Positions 1 through 10,015 of a DNA stretch of 64,000 nucleotides are shown here, piece after piece. Numbering within the stretch: position 1 is the stretch's first letter; each line of letters begins with the position of its first letter. The position numbers and the translations under genes were made by a program. Source of the DNA: a virus (lineage: Duplodnaviria > Caudoviricetes); the IMG/VR virus record IMGVR_UViG_3300032227_000318, positions 32,001-96,000 of that record; one strand, 5' to 3'. Under the pieces are notes generated by a model. It had not been told where the DNA came from. It ran no database searches and saw only the letters and a program-made list of their open reading frames with translations.

Positions 1-27
1 CGTTGTATGTCAGCGTATAATTTCTAT

Positions 28-56
28 ATCTTAGTGTATTTTCGTTTGTTTGTCAA
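28..56 (-). promoter_or_regulatory. sigma70-type promoter for the gene left of the window
   Basis: TTGACA-17 nt-TAAGAT on minus strand. Confidence 0.55.
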
Positions 57-123
57 CTAAATAATAGTGTAGGTCACGGTGCTGTTACACCCACCTACTC
101 TAACGCTATTGAGGAGCGCCAGC

Positions 124-543
124 ATGACTATTTATCATAAACACCACATCATTCCTAAGCACATGGGCGGAACAAACGAACCGTCCAATATTATTGAGGT
201 TACCGTTGAAGAACACGCAAATCTTCACAAAAATCTATGGGAAACCCATAATCATTGGGAAGACTATGTAGCTTGGAAAGGACTCTCTGGTCAAATAACA
301 CAAGATGAGGCCAGACGGCTGCGTGTTAGTCTAATGAACAAGCAAAAGATTGAGGATGGAACTCATCATTTACTTGATGGCAACATTCAAAGAAACGCCG
401 CTTTGAATAGAATCAAAAACGGTACTCATAATGATAAAGACTTTCACATACAAGTTTCATGTCCACATTGTGGTAAAACTGGAAATAAGTTCATTATGAA
501 AAGATGGCACTTTGATAAGTGTCGTGATTTACTTTCTATATAG
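124..543 (+). CDS. HNH-type homing endonuclease (likely start ATG 124)
   Basis: HKHHIIPKHMGG..N..HH HNH motif, C-terminal CPHC..HFDKC zinc motif; late promoter CTAAATA at 57-63 and GAGGAG RBS. Confidence 0.75.
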   Translation: MTIYHKHHIIPKHMGGTNEPSNIIEVTVEEHANLHKNLWETHNHWEDYVAWKGLSGQITQDEARRLRVSLMNKQKIEDGTHHLLDGNIQRNAALNRIKNGTHNDKDFHIQVSCPHCGKTGNKFIMKRWHFDKCRDLLSI

Positions 544-1126
544 TTGCATTTAACTGCTTCTTTAGTATTTCCCTGAACTTTTTTTGATCAAGGTCTTGAA
601 GCAGGAACGGTGCAAACTTCCGTGTCTTGAAGCTGAACTTAGACCACAGATAGTCGTCCTTGAGTTTAGCATCAAACTTAGGAATGAAGTCAATGAAAGA
701 ATTGAGAATGATGAGAGTTTCCAGAGAGATATCACCACGCATGTATTCATTCAAAAACTTAGGATAACCATTGTCTTCTATCTTGAATAAAGACCTGATA
801 TCATCCACTTTTTCTAGTTCATTCTTAAAATCGTAGGACATGGATTGGACTTTTCGCATATGCCTTACAGTAGAACTGAAAGCATCATCATCTAACATAT
901 CTCCAATCCATGTCCTATCAGCCATGAAACATAATGCAATGTGCATCTTCACATCATTACACTTTCTGGCCAATTTCTCAAACTGAAACCTATCTCGCCT
1001 GTTCAGAAACGACTCTTTACTAGCGGTCACTTTACCATTGTACTTGAAGAAATCATAGTTGTCTTTGGTAAAATGATTCTTCAGCGCAAGATAGGTACAG
1101 TACGTTTCGTACCCAGATAGTTTCAC
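536..1126 (-). CDS. 59: Loader of DNA helicase, T4 gp59-like
   Basis: Y..YLALKNHFT...YDFFKYNGK, RRDRFQFEKL, ISLETLIIL. Confidence 0.9.
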   Translation of the reverse strand: MKLSGYETYCTYLALKNHFTKDNYDFFKYNGKVTASKESFLNRRDRFQFEKLARKCNDVKMHIALCFMADRTWIGDMLDDDAFSSTVRHMRKVQSMSYDFKNELEKVDDIRSLFKIEDNGYPKFLNEYMRGDISLETLIILNSFIDFIPKFDAKLKDDYLWSKFSFKTRKFAPFLLQDLDQKKFREILKKQLNATI

Positions 1127-1136
1127 TATTCATATC

Positions 1137-1364
1137 CTACAAAGGAAGTTTTGTGGTGTTTGACTTTGGTAGGAAGTTGAGTTCTTCTGCTTCAATCTTG
1201 ATCTTTGACTTGAGAGAACCGCTAATCAACTTTGAGGCCAATTCAATTTCAAGACCTGTTTCTTCACAATACAGAACAACTGCTTCCATATATGAAACAT
1301 TCTTCTTCTTGACGAAAGTTTCTATATTCAAAGAAAATGTGGTGATTTCTTCTTTTGTGGGCAT
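1137..1364 (-). CDS. 33: Late promoter transcription coactivator, T4 gp33-like
   Basis: YMEAVVLYCEE...LKSKIKIEAEELNFL; adjacent to gp59 as in T4. Confidence 0.88.
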   Translation of the reverse strand: MPTKEEITTFSLNIETFVKKKNVSYMEAVVLYCEETGLEIELASKLISGSLKSKIKIEAEELNFLPKSNTTKLPL

Positions 1365-1447
1365 TTCAATCTCTTTACCATTATCATAATATTATACATG
1401 ACTCACATAATAAAGTCAAGGAGAAGCTTTCGCCTCTCCTATCATTA

Positions 1448-1717
1448 TTAGTCATTCTTGGATACGAAACTGTTAAGCTTTTCAGCCAACCAGATGATAG
1501 AGTCTGCGTCCATATTAGGGATTGTTGGGAATGGAGGAAGATCAACATCCTTGCCTTGTGAAAGAGCAATAGATGCCTTTTCACGTTCAAGATTCCAATC
1601 ATTCTCAAGACGAATGCGTTCGTTCATGTTTTGCTCAATGATAAAGTCACGGGCAATATGAAGAAGTTCTAGACGGATTTCGTAAGGGTTCTTTGACATG
1701 ATATACTCCTGTGTCAT
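1448..1717 (-). CDS. Hypothetical protein
   Basis: KNPYEIRLELL..A..AEKLNSFVS pattern typical of T4-like phage ORFs. Confidence 0.65.
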   Translation of the reverse strand: MTQEYIMSKNPYEIRLELLHIARDFIIEQNMNERIRLENDWNLEREKASIALSQGKDVDLPPFPTIPNMDADSIIWLAEKLNSFVSKND

Positions 1718-1726
1718 GTGTGTTAA

Positions 1727-2032
1727 GGTGGCCCGTTCTGTTTCTAGGTGGAACCATACCCACAGGTATCACGCTGCTAGAGCGTAAGCCTTAGATGCAA
1801 TGAAGTTATCGTTTGCATTTAGAGTTTTGCGCTTGTACGTAGTCGCCTACGGTTATCTCCAGTCAACTATTCTACACTCAGTCGATCCTAGTTCGCCCCC
1901 ATCAGAGATACATCACAACAAACTCTTTCGTGTCTTGCAAGGTCTCATTACAAGAGACGGTGATGTATCTGTGGTGGAGGCGCCGGGTACTGCCCCCGGG
2001 TCCTCAGTGTTTTTTGTTTTCCTTCAACGATA
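1727..2032 (-). ncRNA. ssrA: Permuted (two-piece) tmRNA, tag ANDNFIASKAYALAA
   Basis: Acceptor piece ending CTCCACCA at 1972, hairpin spacer 1901-1971, coding piece starting GGGGGCGAACTAGGATCGAC at 1900, tag frame 1816-1769; outer ends approximate. Confidence 0.93.
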
Positions 2033-2048
2033 ACATAGTATATATGCT

Positions 2049-2678
2049 TTAAGCATACACACTATTCTTTGCTGGCACCTGAATGAAACCTTCAGGTTTA
2101 CCATCATCTCCTACAATAGCGGCTGTTAGATGCCCGCCGTATACACAAGCAGTGTCCACATTTGTGCGATCTGCTACTTGCTCAATCTTACCTAGTCTTG
2201 GTGTATGCCCGTGATAGAAGTGCTTGCCAAGTTGTGCATGTTGATGCTGTTCATATCGTAACCACAAGAGCATTGCATCTGTTTGTTCATTCATTGGAAA
2301 TGCAGGATTAGCACCAGCATGAGCAACGATGATCGTGTCATCCTCATAGTACTTTGGTAGTGCCTTCATCCAATCCATTGCCCAATCGGGTATATAATGG
2401 CCGCGAAAACCACCGAAGCTGACAATTGTTTCAGCAGCATACATGTATTCACCAGCGATAAGCATGTCTTCGTGATTGCCCATTAGAGCAACATGACCAC
2501 GCTGTTGCATCTTCATAATGAACTCTACAACTTCTTTGGACTTAGGACCACGATCAACATAGTCACCAACAAAGATCATTCTAAAATCACCATTCGCATG
2601 TTCGTCTATCTTATGATATAGTTCTAACAACTCATCATAGCAACCATGCACATCACCAATCACATAACGTTTCATCAC
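2049..2678 (-). CDS. Ser/Thr phosphatase-like metallophosphoesterase
   Basis: GDVHG, GDYVDRG, GNHE, HGHT motifs. Confidence 0.9.
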   Translation of the reverse strand: MMKRYVIGDVHGCYDELLELYHKIDEHANGDFRMIFVGDYVDRGPKSKEVVEFIMKMQQRGHVALMGNHEDMLIAGEYMYAAETIVSFGGFRGHYIPDWAMDWMKALPKYYEDDTIIVAHAGANPAFPMNEQTDAMLLWLRYEQHQHAQLGKHFYHGHTPRLGKIEQVADRTNVDTACVYGGHLTAAIVGDDGKPEGFIQVPAKNSVYA

Positions 2679-2887
2679 TTCTTCTTTCTTGTGGCCCTCT
2701 TTGGCTTATCATCATATGGAGTCCAACGAAGAATTTCACCTTCGTCTGTAATCTTGATCATTCTCTTTTCTACGAGCAACTGCAATGCGAACTCACCACC
2801 TTGGGCAAATCCTCTGCGGCCACTAATATAAGCACAAGCACCAAATGCAATGCAAAGTGTGGCGATCATCCAAGGTTCTAGGTACAT
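2675..2887 (-). CDS. Small membrane protein
   Basis: Hydrophobic N-terminus, coupled to neighbours. Confidence 0.6.
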   Translation of the reverse strand: MYLEPWMIATLCIAFGACAYISGRRGFAQGGEFALQLLVEKRMIKITDEGEILRWTPYDDKPKRATRKKK

Positions 2888-3558
2888 TATAGATTTTCCT
2901 GTTTGTATAGGTGTATTTTTTCTAACAAGCTTTGAACATATGAATTCTTATCACGAATGAAAACTTGTGGTTGTTCCATAAAATCAACCGATATGAGAAT
3001 TACGATTTGATTTATAGGTTCATTTACCAATTCTTCATACATCAGAGCATAAGCAGTTCCTTGCTCAAAATAATTTTCAATCCATTCTGCTTTCTTTTGA
3101 TTGCGTGAGGTCTTGAAGTCGATGATAGAAGGAATACCAGCAAACTCTGCTATGCAATCTGTCCTTCCCGCAACACCAAGCTTTTCGCTGTACAATGGAG
3201 ACTCAATATAACGTATGTTGTCGACCAAGTCAAGTGTTTCTTGCATATCACGAAAAGATTGTTTCATATCTGGCATAACACCATTTAGAAAGTCATCTTC
3301 ATTGCGGAGATAACTTTCCATCATGTTATGGAATTTTGTGCCTCTTGTGGCCGCACGGTTCATGATGAGATCGGCTTCTGCGTTGCCAACCCTATTGCGC
3401 CATTCAATCAGAGACTTCTTTTTGAAGTGACTGAGTACTGTAGTAACAGAAGGAAGTTTTACACCATTTGGTGTAATGTAAAACCTCTCTCCTGTGCTTT
3501 CATCAGTATCAAGCTGCTTCAGTTCTGGAAGCCCATCAACATAATTAAACTTCTTCAT
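2887..3558 (-). CDS. PD-(D/E)XK (Cas4/RecB-like) exonuclease
   Basis: PSVTTVL, RGTKFH, AGRTDC, IIDFKTS, Q..AY. Confidence 0.88.
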   Translation of the reverse strand: MKKFNYVDGLPELKQLDTDESTGERFYITPNGVKLPSVTTVLSHFKKKSLIEWRNRVGNAEADLIMNRAATRGTKFHNMMESYLRNEDDFLNGVMPDMKQSFRDMQETLDLVDNIRYIESPLYSEKLGVAGRTDCIAEFAGIPSIIDFKTSRNQKKAEWIENYFEQGTAYALMYEELVNEPINQIVILISVDFMEQPQVFIRDKNSYVQSLLEKIHLYKQENL

Positions 3559-3749
3559 TCGCCGCCGTCTGCGCCTCCGCCTGAAGAACTAGGCGACTTT
3601 CTCTTCAATACCAATTTCTTTGGACTACCATAATAATCATGAGCAGCATAAACTTGTTTGCCCTCTTCACTAACAGAGTTCATGGCCATTTCAATATTCT
3701 TTTCTTTCGTCGGATCTTTTTGGTCAATATATGTTTTAAATTTCTTCAT
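3555..3749 (-). CDS. Hypothetical small protein
   Basis: ORF coupled to neighbours; MKKFKTYI start. Confidence 0.55.
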   Translation of the reverse strand: MKKFKTYIDQKDPTKEKNIEMAMNSVSEEGKQVYAAHDYYGSPKKLVLKRKSPSSSGGGADGGE

Positions 3750-3926
3750 TTCTCATTCCATGCTTTTAGAATCCATGATGAACTAGTCTTGGCATTTGAT
3801 TCTTTCATACTCTTTTTTCTTTTGCTCATAATATGCCCAAGTGCCAAACATACCAACAGGCTTACGTTCTTCTTTGATCAGACACTCTTTAATATACTTT
3901 AGGCAATCTTCACTGTAACTCACAAT

Positions 3927-4772
3927 TTACTCCGTAGTGAAACGCGCAGGCGCTTTTTTCTTAGATGGTCTCAATTCAGTTTGAAATGGTGATTCTGGAT
4001 TATTATACTTGAGTTTACCACCAACTTTTTCTGATTTGTCGATGCCTGGAAAACCAGTTGTGTTTGTACCTATCAGTCTAGCAGTTTTGCCGTTATGATG
4101 CAAGACAGAATCTTGATCAAAGTGCTTTCCTGCTCTACGACCAAATGCTACAAGTTCCGCACCAGCAGCGCGTCCGGGTTCACGCGCGTGGATAACATGC
4201 GACGATTCTTTACCGCCTTCATATCGGCCTTCAGCTTTTCTTACACCAAAGCCGGCTTTTCTTGCCATAGACACAAGCTCTTTGTTTCTCTCAGATATCT
4301 GCTTCTTGGTCAGACCCGGCCTTTCAGTTGATATTGCAATAAAATGATGTCCTTCTTTTTCAAGAGTTCTCATACGCGAGAGTGGATTGCCTTCTTCAAG
4401 AGTACCATACTTTCTCATGCGTTGAACATCTGTCATCTTATCTGTAGACGAGAAACTTCCGCCAAAAGGATCATCATTGCCGAGTCTCTTGTCTCGGTCT
4501 TCACGCTCTTTTGGTGTGAGCATTCTTGTGCTGTCCATACCGCCCATTTCTGAACGAGTATAAAACTTTTTATCTTTTGGATCATAAAACCCAGCTTCAC
4601 CTGGCAAAGGCTTGCCTGGTTCTTTCATATGTCTTTCACGAATCTCGGCATGATCTTCACCACGCTTGCCACGCTTTATATGTAATTTACCTTCTTCGTC
4701 TGTATGACGAATTGCAGGCTGAACTCTCTCACGGAAAGATGTCTCTTCTCTTAATTGTTTTATTGTCTTCAT
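3927..4772 (-). CDS. Putative internal virion protein
   Basis: MKTIKQLREE capsid-targeting-like N-terminus; second module after TLEEG (FIAISTER..RNKEL..FDQDSVL). Confidence 0.6.
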   Translation of the reverse strand: MKTIKQLREETSFRERVQPAIRHTDEEGKLHIKRGKRGEDHAEIRERHMKEPGKPLPGEAGFYDPKDKKFYTRSEMGGMDSTRMLTPKEREDRDKRLGNDDPFGGSFSSTDKMTDVQRMRKYGTLEEGNPLSRMRTLEKEGHHFIAISTERPGLTKKQISERNKELVSMARKAGFGVRKAEGRYEGGKESSHVIHAREPGRAAGAELVAFGRRAGKHFDQDSVLHHNGKTARLIGTNTTGFPGIDKSEKVGGKLKYNNPESPFQTELRPSKKKAPARFTTE

Positions 4773-5488
4773 AGCCCCATTGCGTCCTTCTGAATGATGT
4801 ATGACTTAACAAGTCCAGAACGAACGATATCTTCCTTCTGAAACTCTACGTGTTCAAAAGTATTTATTTTCTTGGTGATGGCCATTAGCTGAGTAATGCC
4901 CTCTTGTTCATATCTCTTTACCAAGTCTGTCTGTCTGAAATCACCACATACAAGAATGCGGCTTTCATCACCCATACGAGTCATAACTGTATCAGCTTCT
5001 TGAAATGACAAGTTCTGACTTTCATCTAAAATAACAATTGCTTTGTTGAATGTAATACCACGCAAGAACGATGTTGTGGTAAACTGAACAACACCCCTCA
5101 TCTTTAGTATTTCGTATCCATCACCACGTCCAAAAAGACTATCACAGATTTCACGATATGGTTCTTCGTACACAGCGGCCTTCTCTTTCATAGAACCAGG
5201 AAGAAATCCCATGTCCCTAGAAGGTACAACTGAACGCACAATGATTATTTTATTGTAAATTGAGTTGCCTGTCAAGATTTCATTTAGAGCAAGATATAGA
5301 GCGCAGAATGTTTTGCCTGTACCAGCAAAACCATGAAGCATAAGATGATAGCCAAGTTTGTATGAATTGAAAGCTTTCTCCTGATTTGGTGTAAGCGGCT
5401 TGATGTGTCTTAACTCAAAATTAGCAGCCGGCTTTTGTGCTTCTGGTGGTTTTTGTCTGTTAGTCTTGTTCTTTGGTTTCTTAGACAT
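4769..5488 (-). CDS. phoH: PhoH family ATPase (likely start 5488)
   Basis: GFAGTGKT, RDMGFLPG, LRGITF, DESQN, GDFRQTDL, DIVRSGLV. Confidence 0.95.
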   Translation of the reverse strand: MSKKPKNKTNRQKPPEAQKPAANFELRHIKPLTPNQEKAFNSYKLGYHLMLHGFAGTGKTFCALYLALNEILTGNSIYNKIIIVRSVVPSRDMGFLPGSMKEKAAVYEEPYREICDSLFGRGDGYEILKMRGVVQFTTTSFLRGITFNKAIVILDESQNLSFQEADTVMTRMGDESRILVCGDFRQTDLVKRYEQEGITQLMAITKKINTFEHVEFQKEDIVRSGLVKSYIIQKDAMGL

Positions 5489-5568
5489 TTTAGCTCCCTT
5501 TAAAGCAAAAGAGAGCGAATCACCTGCGTGACCGCCCTCTTTTGAAAATCGTGATGTTTTTTTACGTT

Positions 5569-6099
5569 TCATATTGGTTTAACAAAATATCCTTTGTGAC
5601 TATTTCTTTCACCAGTAGACACTCTATATAAACAACTTGATGTAAGACCATGGTCTCTAGCGAAGTTTGCCAAATTCTTGATCTTCATTTCTTCACCAGA
5701 AGGAACAGTCACGATCCATTCTTGTGATATAGCATCAACCATATTCTTAACATGAGATGGTTTTTGCTTCTTGCCGAGTTTGGCTTGACGCATTCTGTTG
5801 CGATGTTCTTCAGAATAGATGATGCCAGAACCTCCGTCACCACCATCTGTTTTATTTCTTAATATACCGTCATTTTTATCCAAACGGCCATACCATGCAA
5901 TCATCCGTCTCTCTAGAGCGGCAGCGCCGATCTGTGTAAGTTCTGTTTCAAGTAATATGATATATGATTTATCCTTAGGTGTGCTGATACCATGTTTACG
6001 ATGCTCTACCGAATCCCACGCTCTATACTTTTTGCCTTTACCGATATAGTAAGGTGTTCCGTCAGACTGACGTAAATATGCGTAAACATAATACTCCAT
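5569..6099 (-). CDS. Seg-like GIY-YIG homing endonuclease with NUMOD-type tail
   Basis: YYVYAY..PYYIGKG..RA, LRNKTDGGDG. Confidence 0.8.
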   Translation of the reverse strand: MEYYVYAYLRQSDGTPYYIGKGKKYRAWDSVEHRKHGISTPKDKSYIILLETELTQIGAAALERRMIAWYGRLDKNDGILRNKTDGGDGGSGIIYSEEHRNRMRQAKLGKKQKPSHVKNMVDAISQEWIVTVPSGEEMKIKNLANFARDHGLTSSCLYRVSTGERNSHKGYFVKPI

Positions 6100-6359
6100 T
6101 AAATTTCCTTAGGTATATGCCATCTTTTTTCCAGTGCGGCCTTATTGGCGCCTGGTGCTTTTTCTTTAACACGACCTAGTACATATTTAGAAAAATCAGA
6201 TGGAGGCTTAGTGACACCGATACCCATTGGATCAACAATGTTCATTACAAATGTCTGGTTAACCTTAGGATTATCCACAAGGAATTGTTTTAGTTCTTCA
6301 TAGGACATTTGAAGTTCAAACTCTTCGCCTGTCTCTTGGTCTTCGAAACTGTAAATCAT
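6099..6359 (-). CDS. FmdB-like conserved small protein
   Basis: MIYSFED.ETGEEFE..MS..E; late promoter ACTAAATA just upstream. Confidence 0.6.
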   Translation of the reverse strand: MIYSFEDQETGEEFELQMSYEELKQFLVDNPKVNQTFVMNIVDPMGIGVTKPPSDFSKYVLGRVKEKAPGANKAALEKRWHIPKEI

Positions 6360-6379
6360 GCTACTATTTAGTATCCTTT

Positions 6380-6691
6380 CTAGCTGCCCATTCCACCAAT
6401 GGTACGGACAGTTCGTTCATAAATCTGCGACCAGTCTACACCATATGCAGGGCACACTTCTATATATTTCGGCAGATTGTTTTGATCCTTCTCACCAAGT
6501 TCACCACACACGAACCAAGTATCGGGTAGATGTTCTGCATAGATACGACGAATGATGACCTGCTGCCTCTCTAACAACATTTTCAGTTCATCAATCTCAT
6601 TCTGCTGTTCGCGGATGACTTCATTCAATGCAGCAATGATTTCGTCTTTATCAGGTGTCATATCCATGCGGGCTTTTCGCGCTTCGTCCAT
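6380..6691 (-). CDS. Hypothetical protein
   Basis: ORF in operon. Confidence 0.55.
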   Translation of the reverse strand: MDEARKARMDMTPDKDEIIAALNEVIREQQNEIDELKMLLERQQVIIRRIYAEHLPDTWFVCGELGEKDQNNLPKYIEVCPAYGVDWSQIYERTVRTIGGMGS

Positions 6692-7188
6692 TTGTGCATT
6701 CTTTCTTTTGAGATACGATAATAGTTACGATAGGATTCTACGTGATCGTTAGGCACTTTGTATTCATCAGGCATTGCAGGAGTTACCTGTGTCAAATAAC
6801 CAACAGGAATATTCAATGGCGGCTGCATAAGAGCAACTACCATATCTTCACACTTATGAATCTTACCATAGCGATAAGTATATTCGTGCAGTAATGAGAC
6901 GAAGTGGCAATAAAGCCAGTTGTAGTTGTTATTAGTCGCACGGCACCACACGGCTGACGGATGATTGATATGTGTGGCTGAATACAATACTTGCTCACGC
7001 TCGTCAGGCAAACGCCACCGCTTTACATTGCGACCAGTCTTGGTCTTGTCAATGTATTGTTCACCGTCAAGTAACCGATGAGCGGTGGACAGGAGTTGTG
7101 CTGTCTCCAAAATCATCTTCACTACATGCTTGTCCACCATCCACTCCGCTGCCTGAGCCGCATCGTTGCTGATTGCGAAAATATTCAT
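6658..7188 (-). CDS. Pyrimidine-dimer DNA glycosylase-like protein
   Basis: MNIF, DKHVVKMILETAQLLSTAH, HINHPSAVW, YRYGKIH, AMPDEYK. Confidence 0.8.
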   Translation of the reverse strand: MNIFAISNDAAQAAEWMVDKHVVKMILETAQLLSTAHRLLDGEQYIDKTKTGRNVKRWRLPDEREQVLYSATHINHPSAVWCRATNNNYNWLYCHFVSLLHEYTYRYGKIHKCEDMVVALMQPPLNIPVGYLTQVTPAMPDEYKVPNDHVESYRNYYRISKERMHKWTKREKPAWI

Positions 7189-7553
7189 TTATTTCTTCGC
7201 TCCACTTTTTATTACGTTTATCAAGTTCATCTGCAAGCTGGCGCAGTTGATATGAGGAAATTGCGCCATGCTGACTAGGCCAATAATAGCAGAAACCATC
7301 TTCTAATACAACAAATTCATTGCGGGCTTCTGCCATTTTAATAATGTCACTCATGTGCGTGGTTCCTGCGGCAGGGGAAGACTGATGTAAGGGGGATACC
7401 AAGCAGTATCGTGGGGCTTTTGAATGGAAGGTCTAACTTCACCATTCGGCCACGCAGACAGCGCGGCGGCCAGCGCCCACTTCGGGTCTTCGCCGCGCAA
7501 AATCATCCACTTCAAAGAAGCCGCTACACCATCCGGTATCTGTTCAGGCTTGA

Positions 7554-7916
7554 TCACAGTCCTTCTCCCTCTTCACAATCAATAACCAACTTTACACAAG
7601 CAATGCGGTGCGGTGCATAAACTGAGTTCGCCTCATTTTTGCTTCCGTGAAGAATGGCGCACTGAGGATAAACATTAACCCACACCTCACGCTGGATGCG
7701 GGGCTTCACCTCAATGAGGTCAAGGTGATGCGCTATGGTATGGCCGTGGCTGCTCTCGCCGTTATATGATCCTGTCAGGGTCCACTCTTCCTGACGCCAT
7801 GTCCCATCATCCAGCTTTACTGCCCCGTGAACTGGAAAGCGTCCACCACCATCCACCGCATAGATGCGAACCTCGCAGCCATCGCGCGTCTTGTACTTCT
7901 TACCAAGCTCAATCAT
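7554..7916 (-). CDS. Hypothetical protein
   Basis: GKKYKTRDG..RIYAVDG..HGAV..DLIEVKPRI pattern; GC-richer block. Confidence 0.6.
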   Translation of the reverse strand: MIELGKKYKTRDGCEVRIYAVDGGGRFPVHGAVKLDDGTWRQEEWTLTGSYNGESSHGHTIAHHLDLIEVKPRIQREVWVNVYPQCAILHGSKNEANSVYAPHRIACVKLVIDCEEGEGL

Positions 7917-8326
7917 TGCTTGTCTCCTGAGAGTGCGGCGCGGGCGGCGCGAATATATTTCCGACGAATAAACAACTCTTCCGCAGCTACATCATTCTCT
8001 TCCTCACACCAATCAGCATCAGCCATTATTTCCTCAGCAAGATAATCGTCAAAAGGCCACAAGTATAAATGAGCAAACGGCTCCAGCGCCGCCCGCAGCT
8101 TCTCGTTCTCTGAGGTGAGGCTGGTGATTTCCGCCTCTAGCTTAAGCGTGTATTGAGCTTCAGCGCGAGTGAGCGCAAGAAGGCGATCCACCTCTGCGGT
8201 GAGGCGGGTGATGGTGTCGGCTGCTTCCCATTCAAGCGTTTTGGTATGAACCGCTTCCATTGTGGGACCGCGAAACACCTTACGCTGCAACCTCTCTACA
8301 ATGTCACTCATCCTCCAACCTTTCAT
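7913..8326 (-). CDS. Hypothetical coiled-coil protein
   Basis: MSDIVERL..EAADTITRL..LRAALEPFA. Confidence 0.55.
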   Translation of the reverse strand: MKGWRMSDIVERLQRKVFRGPTMEAVHTKTLEWEAADTITRLTAEVDRLLALTRAEAQYTLKLEAEITSLTSENEKLRAALEPFAHLYLWPFDDYLAEEIMADADWCEEENDVAAEELFIRRKYIRAARAALSGDKQ

Positions 8327-8530
8327 TATTCCTCAATTGCATCAATACGAAAAAAGTCACCAGGCTCTACACTCAGAGTCCTGTCTAGATCCTTGCTGCC
8401 GTCTGCATTCCAAGACCGAACACGGATCTTTTTAACACCAGCAGGAACACGCCACGAAGCAGAGTTCTTGCCAGATGCATTAGCAACACCGATAAAAGGC
8501 AGAGCAGCAAGCCCTGCAAGTAACCAACGC

Positions 8531-8923
8531 TTATTCATCATCTTCAACCTTTCCAAAATCAACACGCTCAGAGTAGTAGCCGTTGGACTCACCCAACCAA
8601 CGCAGGGTTACGGAACCTTTGATGGTCGCAAACTTGTAGAATGTCCAAGTGTAGGAATCATTCTGATATTCTTCTTCCCAGCCATCTCGGGTTTCACCAG
8701 AAACGACTTCCGCTTGCAGCACGGGTGAGCCAACAAGATCATTGAGGTTGCCATCAATGTCCTCGATTCGCACATGCTCACAACAATTCTGTGAATGATA
8801 CATGATGTAGCGGTCACCATTGTCCATGGTGAAAAGCAATTCGTCATCACCGTTCTGTTGTAGATTGGTAATGGTGCGATGCATCAAAACAGAAACGTCA
8901 ACTTCAGGATAATAGCGATACAT
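8531..8923 (-). CDS. Conserved phage protein
   Basis: MYHSQNCCE.V.IEDI.G, TWTFYKFATIKG.V..RWLGESNGYYSE. Confidence 0.7.
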   Translation of the reverse strand: MYRYYPEVDVSVLMHRTITNLQQNGDDELLFTMDNGDRYIMYHSQNCCEHVRIEDIDGNLNDLVGSPVLQAEVVSGETRDGWEEEYQNDSYTWTFYKFATIKGSVTLRWLGESNGYYSERVDFGKVEDDE

Positions 8924-8932
8924 TTTTATTCC

Positions 8933-9469
8933 TTACTTGAGGAAGTTAGCAACATCAATACCGTCCATGCTGTCCCAGTCGGGATCAACAGAGTAGGTAC
9001 CACCAGCGTATTCACCAGCGTCTCGCATACCGAGTTCAGCCAGCAAGCGGTCGGCCTCAGCGTCAGCACGATCCTTGAGGACATTGCGAGCCGCCTTCTG
9101 GACAGGCGCGCCCGGCGTCTGCTTAGACTGCCGCACCTTGACAGGCTTAGATGCCTTCGGCTTTGCAACCTTAGCTGCCTTGACCACCTTGGGAGCTTTA
9201 GCCGCCTTTGGTGAAGCGGACGCCATTGCACGAACGTCAGCAGCATTGGCGGGTTCATCAGTCAAGGTGTAAGACACGACCGCACGGCCGTCCTTCTGAA
9301 CACTGAACTCAAAACCATGACGGTTCTTGAGGAACGAAATATACTTTGCAGCATAGTCGCCATAACCGACATGTGCATTAATCTCAGAAGGCGTGACCGC
9401 CTTACCAATCTCAAACAATTGGAGAGCAAGAAACTCACCACGAACTTCACGACCGGCAACCTTAGCCAT
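8933..9469 (-). CDS. Putative DNA-binding protein (winged-helix-like N-terminus, Lys/Ala-rich linker)
   Basis: AAKYISFLKNRHGFEF; PKAAKAPKVVKAAKVAKPK; AGGAG RBS. Confidence 0.55.
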   Translation of the reverse strand: MAKVAGREVRGEFLALQLFEIGKAVTPSEINAHVGYGDYAAKYISFLKNRHGFEFSVQKDGRAVVSYTLTDEPANAADVRAMASASPKAAKAPKVVKAAKVAKPKASKPVKVRQSKQTPGAPVQKAARNVLKDRADAEADRLLAELGMRDAGEYAGGTYSVDPDWDSMDGIDVANFLK

Positions 9470-9721
9470 ATAAACTCCTATGTGTGTATTTGTTTAATGA
9501 TAGACAGGATAACAGGAACGATATCCTATGTCAAGCAACAAAAAGTTGCATCTCATCCATGCGGTGCAACTCATCCAGAATTGCTTCGACCGTTTCGCGG
9601 TCAGCAAGCGGTTCGTACATGTAGACATAAGCATAAATGCCGTCCACATCAGTGATGCCTTTTTCCATCGCGGTGTAGACCAGTTCCTCAACACCGATCA
9701 GAAAGTCCTTCATCTTAGCCA

Positions 9722-10015
9722 TTATGCATACCTCCGTCGAGTTACGTCAGTTTCGTGAAACGAGTGATTGGGTGCTTGCCCCTCAACCCAGCGAATGCCA
9801 GGCTTGCAGTGAACAAAGCCGCGCTGGTCGAGGTAAGAGTACCCGCGATATCGCTGGGCTGTAGTCAAAGCCTGTTCAAGCATGTCAATCAAACCCGTGC
9901 GCCGCGCGATGGCCTGAGGCGAATCGCCGTTCGGGAAGTCGGCTGCAAGATAGCCGTTGGCATACTCAATAAGCGCGTCAATCGGAACGGTCTTCTTTTC
10001 TTTTGCTTTAGCCAT
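9722..10015 (-). CDS. Hypothetical early protein
   Basis: Start MAKAKEKK after GAGGAG RBS. Confidence 0.6.
   Translation of the reverse strand: MAKAKEKKTVPIDALIEYANGYLAADFPNGDSPQAIARRTGLIDMLEQALTTAQRYRGYSYLDQRGFVHCKPGIRWVEGQAPNHSFHETDVTRRRYA

Noticed and set aside
1800-2033. 77-aa plus-strand ORF
   Set aside because: Antisense to the tmRNA
2887-3558. CRISPR-Cas4 system
   Set aside because: No repeat-spacer array or other cas genes; this exonuclease is common in T4-like phages
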